Shown here one piece after another: positions 9,616-18,097 of a stretch of DNA of 62,639 nt. The DNA is from Bacteroidales bacterium (lineage in GTDB: Bacteria; Bacteroidota; Bacteroidia; Bacteroidales; UBA7960). The notes under the pieces were generated by a model, which was not told where the DNA came from, searched no databases, and worked only from the letters and a program-made list of their open reading frames with translations. Position numbers and translations under genes: made by a program. Position 1 is the first letter of the stretch; every line of letters begins with the position of its first letter. The stretch spans positions 1 to 62,639 of the forward strand of contig DATIKK010000008.1 in assembly GCA_035477635.1 (NCBI GenBank). The letters run 5' to 3'.

Positions 9616-9876
9616 CTATTTGTTTTCAAAAAACGCATCTAAAAACTCGATAACATTTGATTCGGTAACTTGACAAAAAAGGTTGTCATTAATTTTGAGT
9701 AAAGGCCCTTCCACACATTTTCCCAAACAATGCGACCCCTTAAAAATAACTCTGCGGGTCCGACCTGTTTCACGAAGGTAATCCATTATCGCTGGCAGGG
9801 TTTTCTTATTGCCACGTGAAAAACAACTGCTACCCATGCATATTGTAATTTCGAGAACAGGCTCTTCCATTCGCAT
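9616..9876 (-). CDS. Thioredoxin-like [2Fe-2S] ferredoxin (NuoE C-terminal-domain type, HfsA-like position)
   Basis: The 86 aa protein has a C-x4-C-x31-C-x3-C pattern (CMGSSC ... CLGKC). It is the first gene of the minus-strand operon ending in the PP2C phosphatase. Confidence 0.7.
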   Translation of the reverse strand: MRMEEPVLEITICMGSSCFSRGNKKTLPAIMDYLRETGRTRRVIFKGSHCLGKCVEGPLLKINDNLFCQVTESNVIEFLDAFFENK

Positions 9877-10134
9877 AACATTAGATTACAGGGCCTTAAT
9901 GCATTTGAACACCAGAAATTATTTGCCAACCGCAAAGGAAAACCGCAATTTTTCAATCGGACTGGATTTCACCCGGCCTGGTATCAAATCAGGTATTTTT
10001 TTAACACTTCCAAATTTAATAAACCTTTTCAAATTACCTGGTTAATTAAATAACAACCAGCATGTATTCATTTATTGAGTAGCATGGCATCTGCTCCCTA
10101 ACGGTTTGTCCTAATCTGATTTATTGATTGTTGC

Positions 10135-10159
10135 ATGTGAAAACCTGTTGTTTTAACAT
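10135..10159. promoter_or_regulatory. 25-bp imperfect palindrome ATGTGAAAAC-N5-GTTTTAACAT in the divergent hydrogenase control region
   Basis: Nine of 10 arm positions are complementary. It lies 87-111 nt upstream of hydC and about 260 nt upstream of the divergent ferredoxin gene. Confidence 0.35.
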
Positions 10160-10224
10160 AAATAGATAGGTAAATTAAAAATTTATGATCAAAAAGAATG
10201 ATTTTTGTCTTAACTTTATTAATA

Positions 10225-10242
10225 TTGTGAAAAAAATTACAA
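10225..10242 (+). promoter_or_regulatory. Candidate Rex operator TTGTGAA-AAAA-ATTACAA, 3 nt upstream of the hydC start
   Basis: It matches the published Rex box architecture TTGTGAA-N4-TTCACAA at 12 of 14 half-site positions. A rex gene lies in the same gene string. Confidence 0.4.
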
Positions 10243-10245
10243 CTC

Positions 10246-10728
10246 GTGCCAACACAATCTTATGAGGAAATTCTTCAAAAATTTCCCAACAGGCAACCTG
10301 AGGACCTCATACAGCTTTTGCATGAAATACAGGATGAACATGGCTACCTATCGGCCGAAGCAATTGGTGTTGTTAGCCGGTTTTTAGACATTTCGGTCAA
10401 TAAAATTTATGGAGTTGCTACTTTTTACGACAATTTTCGTTTCGCTCCAGTTGGCAAATATCATATCAGGATATGCAACGGGACCGCTTGTAAAGTATCG
10501 GGTTCTACTATGCTTATCAGGGAATTGGAAAAGCAACTTGGAATTTCTTCAGAACAACCCGAAGATTCTTCATTGTTTACTTTAGAAATAGTTTCTTGTC
10601 TCGGGGCATGCGGATTGGCTCCAATAATTGAAGTGAACGGCGAATTTTATACAGAAATGACAATTCAGAAACTTCAATTACTTCTGCACCACCTTCAAAC
10701 AAAAGACCAGGCCTTATATGAAACCTGA
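10246..10728 (+). CDS. hydC: NuoE-like [2Fe-2S] subunit of trimeric [FeFe] hydrogenase (HydC)
   Basis: The 160 aa protein has the NuoE pattern CNGTAC ... CLGAC. The start is GTG and there is no upstream in-frame ATG. Its stop overlaps the hydB start by 11 nt. Confidence 0.85.
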   Translation: MPTQSYEEILQKFPNRQPEDLIQLLHEIQDEHGYLSAEAIGVVSRFLDISVNKIYGVATFYDNFRFAPVGKYHIRICNGTACKVSGSTMLIRELEKQLGISSEQPEDSSLFTLEIVSCLGACGLAPIIEVNGEFYTEMTIQKLQLLLHHLQTKDQALYET

Positions 10729-12670
10729 AGATACTGATAACATCAAACGTTTCCTGATATCGGAGGTACTCTTCTCGCCCGAGGCACAGGCCGATCCTTC
10801 GGTAGCCAGGGAACTGTCGTATATCTGCCGGGAAAGGGTTTTCAAACCTATGGTTTATGTAGGGATGGGCTCTTGTGGGGTCATTGCAGGCGCTGGAAAA
10901 GTATTTGAGACCATCCGTCAATATATCGACGACCAGGCATTAAATGTTGACCTGATTGCAGGAGGTTGCCTGGGATTTTGCAGCGCAGAACCGATAGTTG
11001 ATGTTCAGTTGCCAGGCAAGGCAAGGATTTCGTTTGGCAATGTAACTGTTGATAAGGTTTCGCACATACTCGATGAAGTTTTGAACCATTGCATGCCACA
11101 AAATGTTAATGTTTTAGGGCAATATGCCAGCGAAATCTTCCAAAACTGGGAGGGAATCCCTAACCTGTTTTCGCACTCTTTTTTTTCGTCACAAAACCGC
11201 ATTCTTATGGATAACTGCGGTTTAATTGACCCGGTTTCGATCCATGAATACATTGCAAGGGGTGGATACAAGGCCTTCGCAAAATCTATTTCTTTCCATA
11301 CTCCGGCTGCTGTTTGCCAAGAAGTTGAAGATAGCCTGCTGGCAGGTCGTGGAGGTGGAGCCTTTCCAGTTGGAAAAAAATGGAGACTTGTTCTTAATGC
11401 CGTTTCTGGTCAAAAATACTTCATTTGCAATGCAGTAGAAAGTGACCCGGGAAGTTATATGAACAGGGCCATCATCGAAAGCAACCCTCACCGCCTTATT
11501 GAGGCCATTCTTATTGGAGCCTATGCAATAGGTGCCACCAAAGCATTTGTCTTCATCCGTAAGGAGTTTAAATTGGCAACAGAACGGTTTGAAAAGGCAC
11601 TAAACAACGCCCGTGAATTTGGCCTGATAGGCCACCATATCCTGGAATCGGGAGTAAACATTGAAATAACGTTAATAAAAGGTGCAAGGGCATTTGTTTG
11701 CGGCGAAGAAACCGCCCTTATCAACTCTGTGGAAGGAAAAAGGGCCATGCCAGACTCCAAACCCCCATTCCCTTCTGAAAGAGGCCTTTGGAATAAACCT
11801 ACCATTGTAAACAATGTTGAAACCCTTTTTAATGTCCCTCTTATCCTTCAGAACGGAGCTGATTGGTACAAAGCCATTGGAACCGAAAAAAGCAAGGGAA
11901 CAAAACTCTTTACCCTTTCGGGAAAGGTTCAACGGTCTGGCATAATTGAAGTGCCAATGGGTATTTCATTCAGGGAGATTGTGAATAAAATTTCAGGCGG
12001 TACTCTGAATGGAAAAAGGTTTAAGGCCATATTCCTTGGAATAAACTCCGGAAACTTCATCACCGAAAATACCATTGATGTGCGGGTTGATTTCGACGAA
12101 ATGATGAATATTGGAGCAGCCTTGGGCAGTGGAGGATTTGTGGTGGTTGACGAAACGGCCTGTATGGTAGATATGGCAAAATATTTTACCGGATTTTTTC
12201 AAAGGGAAAGTTGTGGTAAATGCATTCCGTGCAGGGAAGGAACAGCCAGAATGCTTGAAATAATGCAGCTTACAACTAAAAGACCAGGTAAAAGAAACAA
12301 ATTGCATACACTTGAACGTTTCAAAGGGGTGATGCAATTGCGCACCATGGCTTCTGTCATTAAGGAAACTTCGCTATGCGCCCTTGGCAGATCGGCTCCA
12401 AATGCAATCATTAATACCCTGCAAAGTTTTAAATCCGAATTTGAAAGTCATCTTTACGACAGAAAATGCCCGGCTGGAGTTTGCAGCGACTTGCGGGTTT
12501 TTTCAATTGATGTTGAGAAATGCACCGGGTGCACAGCATGCTATAAAAAATGCCCTGTTGAAGCTATTATAGGGTCGCCAAGAGTACCTCATTTTGTTGT
12601 TGAAGACCGCTGCACAGGCTGCGGCTTTTGTTACGACGCCTGTAAGTTCAACGCTGTTATGATATATTAA
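10718..12670 (+). CDS. hydB: NuoF-like flavoprotein subunit of trimeric [FeFe] hydrogenase (HydB)
   Basis: The 650 aa protein has an N-terminal thioredoxin-like domain and the FMN/NADH site GRGGGAFPVGKKW. It has the N3-type cluster motif ESCGKCIPCREG and C-terminal ferredoxin motifs CTGCTACYKKCP and CTGCGFCYDAC. Confidence 0.9.
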   Translation: MKPEDTDNIKRFLISEVLFSPEAQADPSVARELSYICRERVFKPMVYVGMGSCGVIAGAGKVFETIRQYIDDQALNVDLIAGGCLGFCSAEPIVDVQLPGKARISFGNVTVDKVSHILDEVLNHCMPQNVNVLGQYASEIFQNWEGIPNLFSHSFFSSQNRILMDNCGLIDPVSIHEYIARGGYKAFAKSISFHTPAAVCQEVEDSLLAGRGGGAFPVGKKWRLVLNAVSGQKYFICNAVESDPGSYMNRAIIESNPHRLIEAILIGAYAIGATKAFVFIRKEFKLATERFEKALNNAREFGLIGHHILESGVNIEITLIKGARAFVCGEETALINSVEGKRAMPDSKPPFPSERGLWNKPTIVNNVETLFNVPLILQNGADWYKAIGTEKSKGTKLFTLSGKVQRSGIIEVPMGISFREIVNKISGGTLNGKRFKAIFLGINSGNFITENTIDVRVDFDEMMNIGAALGSGGFVVVDETACMVDMAKYFTGFFQRESCGKCIPCREGTARMLEIMQLTTKRPGKRNKLHTLERFKGVMQLRTMASVIKETSLCALGRSAPNAIINTLQSFKSEFESHLYDRKCPAGVCSDLRVFSIDVEKCTGCTACYKKCPVEAIIGSPRVPHFVVEDRCTGCGFCYDACKFNAVMIY

Positions 12671-12685
12671 ACCCTGACAGAAGTT

Positions 12686-14392
12686 ATGAAATTTTTTATA
12701 AACGTCGATAATAGTCAGGTCGAAGTACAGGAGGGGGAAACCTTGCTCAATGTGCTCAAACGTCAGGGCATCAGGGTGCCAACCCTTTGTCATATGGAAA
12801 AGTTTTCACCCACCGGAGCGTGCAGGCTTTGCGTAGTCGAAGTGGAGGGAAAAAGGGATTTGATTACATCATGCAGTTACCCGGTTGAAAGAAACATGAA
12901 GGTTTTTACCAATACCCAAAGGGTTGTCAGGGCAAGAAAAATAATTGTTGAAATGCTACTGTCGGCGCATCCTGACGATTGCCTTTATTGCGAACGTAAT
13001 GGTAATTGTGAGCTACAAGTGTTATCTGAACAAATGAATGTAAAGGAGCGCAGGTTTTTTTCAAAGAAAAAGCCTTTGTACCCCGACTATTCAAGTCCAA
13101 GTGTGTTGCGCGACCCTTCTAAATGTGTTTTATGCGGCCGATGTGTGCGGATATGTGATGAAACTCAAATGGTTTCGGCTATTGATTTTATTGCAAGAGG
13201 CACCAAAACGCATGTGAACAGCGCTTATAAAAAGGGACTCAATGTAGAAAGCTGCATTCATTGTGGTCAATGCATTATGGTTTGTCCTACCAGCGCACTT
13301 TCCGACCATCCACACCTTGAAAAGGTGCAGGCCGCCCTTGGTGATCCCAAAAAGCAGGTAATTTTTTTGGTTTCGCCTGCCGTTACCGCTTCTTTAGACG
13401 ACATTTTTGGAATGAAACCCGAAAAAGATGCAGGCAACTATGCATGCGCATGTCTTAAAAAAATTGGAGCTCAAAAAGTTTTCGATTTAGGCATTGCATC
13501 CGATATTAATGTAAGTATGGACGCGCAACTTTTGGCAAGAAACATTGAACAGGGGGTAACCGGACCACTTATCAATTCCTGCTGTCCCGGATTTGTTAAA
13601 TTTGCTGAAGAATTCAGGCCGGATGTCTTATCGAGGCTGGCTCCATACAGGTCGCCACAGCAAATTTTCGGCAGGTTGCTGAAAACACTTTATACAAAGC
13701 AGAATAATATACATCCTGATAACCTGTACACCGTAGCCATAATGCCCTGCGTTGGCAGCAAATTTGAGGCTTCCCGTCAGGAAATGACCCAAAAGGGAAT
13801 ATCTGAGATAGATGCAATACTTACCACACGGGAGTTTTTGCGCTTGATAAGGACATTCGGGCTGGATTATAAATATGTTGAACCAGCCCCCTTTGATGAA
13901 CCCTTTCGTAAGGCATCCTCGTTTTCATTTAAAATGAGCTATTCTGGCGGAAAAGCTGAGGCTGTTGCTGCTGAACTTTACGAAAGATTGGGAAAATCCG
14001 GGCAAGAAACTTTTAAATTTCAATCTGTAAAAAAAGTTGGAGGAATAAGGGAAGCCAAAATGGTTGCTGGAGATAGAACCTTTGGTTTTGCCTGGGTCAG
14101 TGGAATTGCCAATGCATGCGCCTACCTTGACCAACTTTTTGAAGAGAAGCGGATGGATGTTCATTATGTTGAAGTAATGGCTTGCCAAAATGGCTGTCTG
14201 GGCGGCGGTGGACAACCAATATTCTTTGGCAATGATAAATTTCAGAACCGTAAAAAAACTTGCCAGGAATTAGAAAAATTTTCCCACTGTGTTCTGCCAA
14301 GCCATAATCAACAATTATGGCAGGTCTTGAAGGAAATGATGAAGGAGGCCGGAACAGAAGATTTACATGGTTATTTTCATCTTTTAAAATGA
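12686..14392 (+). CDS. hydA: [FeFe] hydrogenase catalytic subunit HydA with canonical H-cluster motifs
   Basis: The 568 aa protein has an N-terminal 2Fe-2S motif (C-x10-C-x2-C) and a His-ligated cluster motif HPDDCLYCERNGNC. It has two CxxCxxCxxxCP motifs. The H-cluster motifs are NSCCPGF (L1), MPCVGSKFE (L2) and EVMACQNGCLGGGGQP (L3). Confidence 0.93.
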   Translation: MKFFINVDNSQVEVQEGETLLNVLKRQGIRVPTLCHMEKFSPTGACRLCVVEVEGKRDLITSCSYPVERNMKVFTNTQRVVRARKIIVEMLLSAHPDDCLYCERNGNCELQVLSEQMNVKERRFFSKKKPLYPDYSSPSVLRDPSKCVLCGRCVRICDETQMVSAIDFIARGTKTHVNSAYKKGLNVESCIHCGQCIMVCPTSALSDHPHLEKVQAALGDPKKQVIFLVSPAVTASLDDIFGMKPEKDAGNYACACLKKIGAQKVFDLGIASDINVSMDAQLLARNIEQGVTGPLINSCCPGFVKFAEEFRPDVLSRLAPYRSPQQIFGRLLKTLYTKQNNIHPDNLYTVAIMPCVGSKFEASRQEMTQKGISEIDAILTTREFLRLIRTFGLDYKYVEPAPFDEPFRKASSFSFKMSYSGGKAEAVAAELYERLGKSGQETFKFQSVKKVGGIREAKMVAGDRTFGFAWVSGIANACAYLDQLFEEKRMDVHYVEVMACQNGCLGGGGQPIFFGNDKFQNRKKTCQELEKFSHCVLPSHNQQLWQVLKEMMKEAGTEDLHGYFHLLK

Positions 14393-14438
14393 CATTGAGT
14401 ATTGGGCATACAACTTGGGTCATTGAGCATGGGGCATA
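14393..14438 (+). repeat. Two 18-nt direct repeats (CATTGAGTATTGGGCATA / CATTGAGCATGGGGCATA) spaced 28 nt start-to-start
   Basis: Read directly from the sequence. Repeat 1 starts the base after the hydA stop codon. The two copies match at 16 of 18 positions. Confidence 0.8.
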
Positions 14439-14501
14439 GGGCGATATATTTGAGGTTCAATTCTCTAAAAGTTTTAAAAGTTAAAGTATATCTTTAATCA
14501 G

Positions 14502-16550
14502 ATGGAGCAACCTGCACAAAATCAATTTATATTCACTGTCAAGGACAGATGCAGGGTGTGTTATGCCTGTATTCGGGAATGCCCTGCCAAGGCCATAAGG
14601 ATTGAAAATGGGCAGGCCGAAATCATCCAGTCAAGATGTATTGTATGTGGCAATTGTGTTAAAGTGTGCAGCAGGAGCGCCAAAATGTTCTCATTTTCGA
14701 TTGACAGGGTAAAGAAATTGTTGCGTGAGCAGCCAAAAGTAGTTGCCATGGTAGCCCCAAGCATTGCAGCAGAATTTACCGATATTTCCGATTACAGGGC
14801 ATTTGTGGGGATGATAAAAGCCCTGGGTTTCAATTATGTAAATGAAGTAGCATTTGGGGCCGAACTGGTCGCCCACAAATACCAGGAACTGTTGAGCATG
14901 CATCCAGACCGGACTTATATTTCAACAAGTTGCCCGGCTATTGTAAGCTTTGTGGAAAAACATCACCCTCAGGTAATTGGTGCCCTCTCTCCAATTGTTT
15001 CGCCAATGATAGCCACTGCAAAAGTTCTGAAAAAGTTGCATGGCGACAACCTGCGGATTGTTTTCATTGGTCCTTGTATTGCCAAGAAAGGAGAAGCCGT
15101 ACGCAACCAGTATAGTGGTTTGATAGATGAGGTAATTTCTTTTATTGAGCTTCGGAGAATGTTCTTAGAAAAGGGATTAACCGAAAATAATGTAGAATCT
15201 TTTGAATTTGATCCTCCATTGGCTGGCAAAGGGGCAATTTTCCCAATTAGCGGAGGTATGCTTCAAACAGTTGACCTTGAAGAAGATTTCATTAAGGGTG
15301 AAATAGTTGTTGCTGAAGGTAAACAGGAAATCACCGGAGTACTTAAGGAGTTTGAAGAAGGTTATCTTGAGGCCAAACTGTTTGACCTTTTATGTTGCAA
15401 CGGGTGCATAAATGGCCCGGGAATGAGTCACAAACATCAGTTTTTCAATAAAAGAAAAAGCATTTCCAATTTCACAAAGCGTAAATTCGACATGTTAGAA
15501 TTGGAGGAGTGGAAAAGGAACCTGACAACTTACCTGGAACTTGACCTTACAAGAACTTTTCTCCCTGATGACCAGCGACCTCATAATGTTGTAGGAGTGG
15601 ATGAGGTAAAAAAGGTAATGAAGGAACTTGGAAAGCAAATTCCGGAAGATGAACTCAATTGCGGCGCATGCGGATATGATACCTGTATGGACCATGCTAT
15701 TGCAATAGTCAACGGGAATGCCGAAATCGAAATGTGCCTTCCAAATACCATAGAAAAACTGCATGAATACATAAAGGAACTTGACATATCTAACAAAAAA
15801 CTCGAATCGACCAGGGCGGCACTAAAACAAAGCGAAAAACTTGCCTCAATGGGACAGCTTGCTGCAGGGATTGCACACGAAGTAAATAACCCCTTAGGTG
15901 TGGTCATAATGTATAGCCATATACTTCTTGATGAAATTGACCCGGGGTCCCCGCTGTTTCGCGACTTGCAGCTAATCGTTGAACAGGCCGACCGTTGCAA
16001 AAAAATTATAGGCGGGCTGCTGAATTTTGCGCGCAAAAGCAAGGTTTATTTTACAAAAACCAATGTTAACCAACTGATTAAAGACGGATTACGCACACTT
16101 GTTCTCCCCGACAATATTAAATTGATGATTAATGTTCGTACAAAAGACCCTGTGTTGGAATGCGACCACGATCAAATGGTGCAGGCTTTTGGAAATCTAT
16201 TTAAAAATGCCGTTGATGCAATGCCACAAGGAGGTGTACTCAAAATAAAAGTTAGTGATGATATAGAAACTGATGAGGTTTTGTTTGAGATTTCTGACAA
16301 CGGTACTGGCATTTCGCCCGAAAACATGGAAAGAGTCTTTGAACCATTTTTTACAACCAAAGAAAGCGGACAAGGTACAGGACTTGGTTTACCAATAATT
16401 TATGGAATTGTAAAAATGCACCGCGGAAATATTAAGGTCGAAAGCAATAATGACCCTTCGAAAGAAGAGACGGGAACTACTTTTCTGGTATGGATTCCAA
16501 GACACAAGGTTGATGTTGGTGAAACAAAAGAGCAACAGGCGTCAAATTAA
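14502..16550 (+). CDS. Sensory-type [FeFe]-hydrogenase H-domain fused to a histidine kinase
   Basis: The 682 aa protein has ferredoxin motifs CRVCYACIRECP and CIVCGNCVKVC. The H-domain has motifs STSCP, GPCIAKKGE and LLCCNGCINGPG, followed by the extra motif CGACGYDTC-x16-C and a coiled-coil linker. The kinase part has the H-box AGIAHEVNNPL and ATPase boxes LFKNAVDAM, DNGTGI and GTGLGLPI. Confidence 0.88.
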   Translation: MEQPAQNQFIFTVKDRCRVCYACIRECPAKAIRIENGQAEIIQSRCIVCGNCVKVCSRSAKMFSFSIDRVKKLLREQPKVVAMVAPSIAAEFTDISDYRAFVGMIKALGFNYVNEVAFGAELVAHKYQELLSMHPDRTYISTSCPAIVSFVEKHHPQVIGALSPIVSPMIATAKVLKKLHGDNLRIVFIGPCIAKKGEAVRNQYSGLIDEVISFIELRRMFLEKGLTENNVESFEFDPPLAGKGAIFPISGGMLQTVDLEEDFIKGEIVVAEGKQEITGVLKEFEEGYLEAKLFDLLCCNGCINGPGMSHKHQFFNKRKSISNFTKRKFDMLELEEWKRNLTTYLELDLTRTFLPDDQRPHNVVGVDEVKKVMKELGKQIPEDELNCGACGYDTCMDHAIAIVNGNAEIEMCLPNTIEKLHEYIKELDISNKKLESTRAALKQSEKLASMGQLAAGIAHEVNNPLGVVIMYSHILLDEIDPGSPLFRDLQLIVEQADRCKKIIGGLLNFARKSKVYFTKTNVNQLIKDGLRTLVLPDNIKLMINVRTKDPVLECDHDQMVQAFGNLFKNAVDAMPQGGVLKIKVSDDIETDEVLFEISDNGTGISPENMERVFEPFFTTKESGQGTGLGLPIIYGIVKMHRGNIKVESNNDPSKEETGTTFLVWIPRHKVDVGETKEQQASN

Positions 16551-16561
16551 TAAATTGGAAG

Positions 16562-16960
16562 ATGCAACAAAGTAAAAAAATTACAATTCTGATCGTAGAT
16601 GACGATTTCGACTACCTTTTCCAGTTAAAAGCCGGTTTACTGGAAATGGGGTTTGAAGTTATTACAGCCGAAGGGCAAAAGGAAGCAGAGAAAATTCTTG
16701 AACGGCTTAAACCCGATATGGCAATCTTAGACCTTATGATGGAAAGCCATGATTCAGGATTTATTTTAAGCCATAGAATCAAAGACCTTTATCCCGATGT
16801 GCCCATTATTATAGTATCGGCAGTAACGGCCGAAACCGGTTTCGATTTTGATGTAACAAGTCTTGAAGAACAAAGCTGGATAAAAGCCGATTTGTTCCTC
16901 GATAAGGGTATCAGGAAGGATCAATTACAGCGAGAAATTTTTAAACTACTAAAACTTTAG
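16562..16960 (+). CDS. Single-domain response regulator (receiver only)
   Basis: The 132 aa protein has the receiver signature LIVDDD, phospho-acceptor context AILDLMM, and a conserved Lys in LDKG. It has no output domain. It lies 11 nt after the preceding kinase gene. Confidence 0.85.
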   Translation: MQQSKKITILIVDDDFDYLFQLKAGLLEMGFEVITAEGQKEAEKILERLKPDMAILDLMMESHDSGFILSHRIKDLYPDVPIIIVSAVTAETGFDFDVTSLEEQSWIKADLFLDKGIRKDQLQREIFKLLKL

Positions 16961-16962
16961 GC

Positions 16963-18087
16963 ATGGCAAAACTTGCCATAATGGTTGTTGATGATGAGCC
17001 CGGAATCAGAAGCGGGGTTACACGAATCCTCGAAAATTTCTCGGTTAGCTTTCCTTTTATGGATGAAGACTTCGATTTTGAAGTAACTGAGGTTTCGACT
17101 GGAGAGGAGGCCATCAACCAATTGTTGAACAGGCAATTCGATATTGTGCTGCTCGATAATAAACTACCCGGTATTCAAGGCGTTGACGTTTTAGATTTTA
17201 TCTCCAACAAGCAAATTGAAGTAATTGTGGTTATGATTACTTCATACGCTTCGCTTGATCTGGCAGTAAGAGCAACCCGGCAGGGCGCCTTTGATTTTGT
17301 TCCAAAGCCTTTTACCCCAAAGGAGCTTAGGGCCAACCTCGAAAATATTACAAAGCATCTCTTTTTGAAAAGAATGACCCAAAAAATGAACCTCGAAGGA
17401 AGGCATGCCAGATTCCAATTCCTTTCGGTATTGTCGCACGAACTCAAAGCTCCAATAAACGCAATTGAGGGTTATCTTAAAATGATGCAGGAAAAGAAAG
17501 CCGGAGAATACATTTCAGGTTATATGGAAATGATTGATCGCGCTTTAATGAGGTTGCAGAGTATGCGGAATCTCATTCTTGATATGCTGGACCTGACGCG
17601 GATCGAAAGTGGAAAAAAGAGCAGGTTTGTTGAACCAATTTTGCTTTGTGAAATTGCCCAACAGTGTATTGACACATTTCAGCCATTGAGCATCCAGAAG
17701 GGAATTGAAATTTATCTGAACTGTGTGCAGGAAATAATGGTTAACTCCGATAAAAAAGAAATGGAAATTGTTTTTAATAACCTAATCAGCAACGCAATAA
17801 AATACAATAAAGAAGGGGGAAGGGTAGATGTGAACCTGGGTGTTGAGCAAAATAATGCCGTAATTAAGGTAACCGATACAGGCATAGGCATGAAACCCGA
17901 TGACCTGGGTAAACTCTTCGAAGATTTTGTGAGGATAAAATCTGAAGAAACCAGGCATATAAGCGGAAGCGGGCTTGGCTTGTCAATTGTAAAAAAAATC
18001 CTCGATTTTTATGGAGCAATTATTCAAGTAGATAGCACTCCGGGCGAAGGCAGCAGCTTTGTAATTTATTTTCCAATGAAAAATTAA
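16963..18087 (+). CDS. Receiver-histidine kinase fusion (N-terminal REC, HisKA, HATPase)
   Basis: The 374 aa protein has a receiver domain (VVDDEP, VLLDNKLPG, VPKPF). It has the H-box LSHELKAPINAI and the boxes LISNAIKYN, DTGIGM and GSGLGLSI. It has no transmembrane or sensor domain. Confidence 0.88.
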   Translation: MAKLAIMVVDDEPGIRSGVTRILENFSVSFPFMDEDFDFEVTEVSTGEEAINQLLNRQFDIVLLDNKLPGIQGVDVLDFISNKQIEVIVVMITSYASLDLAVRATRQGAFDFVPKPFTPKELRANLENITKHLFLKRMTQKMNLEGRHARFQFLSVLSHELKAPINAIEGYLKMMQEKKAGEYISGYMEMIDRALMRLQSMRNLILDMLDLTRIESGKKSRFVEPILLCEIAQQCIDTFQPLSIQKGIEIYLNCVQEIMVNSDKKEMEIVFNNLISNAIKYNKEGGRVDVNLGVEQNNAVIKVTDTGIGMKPDDLGKLFEDFVRIKSEETRHISGSGLGLSIVKKILDFYGAIIQVDSTPGEGSSFVIYFPMKN

Positions 18088-18097
18088 TAACCGATTT

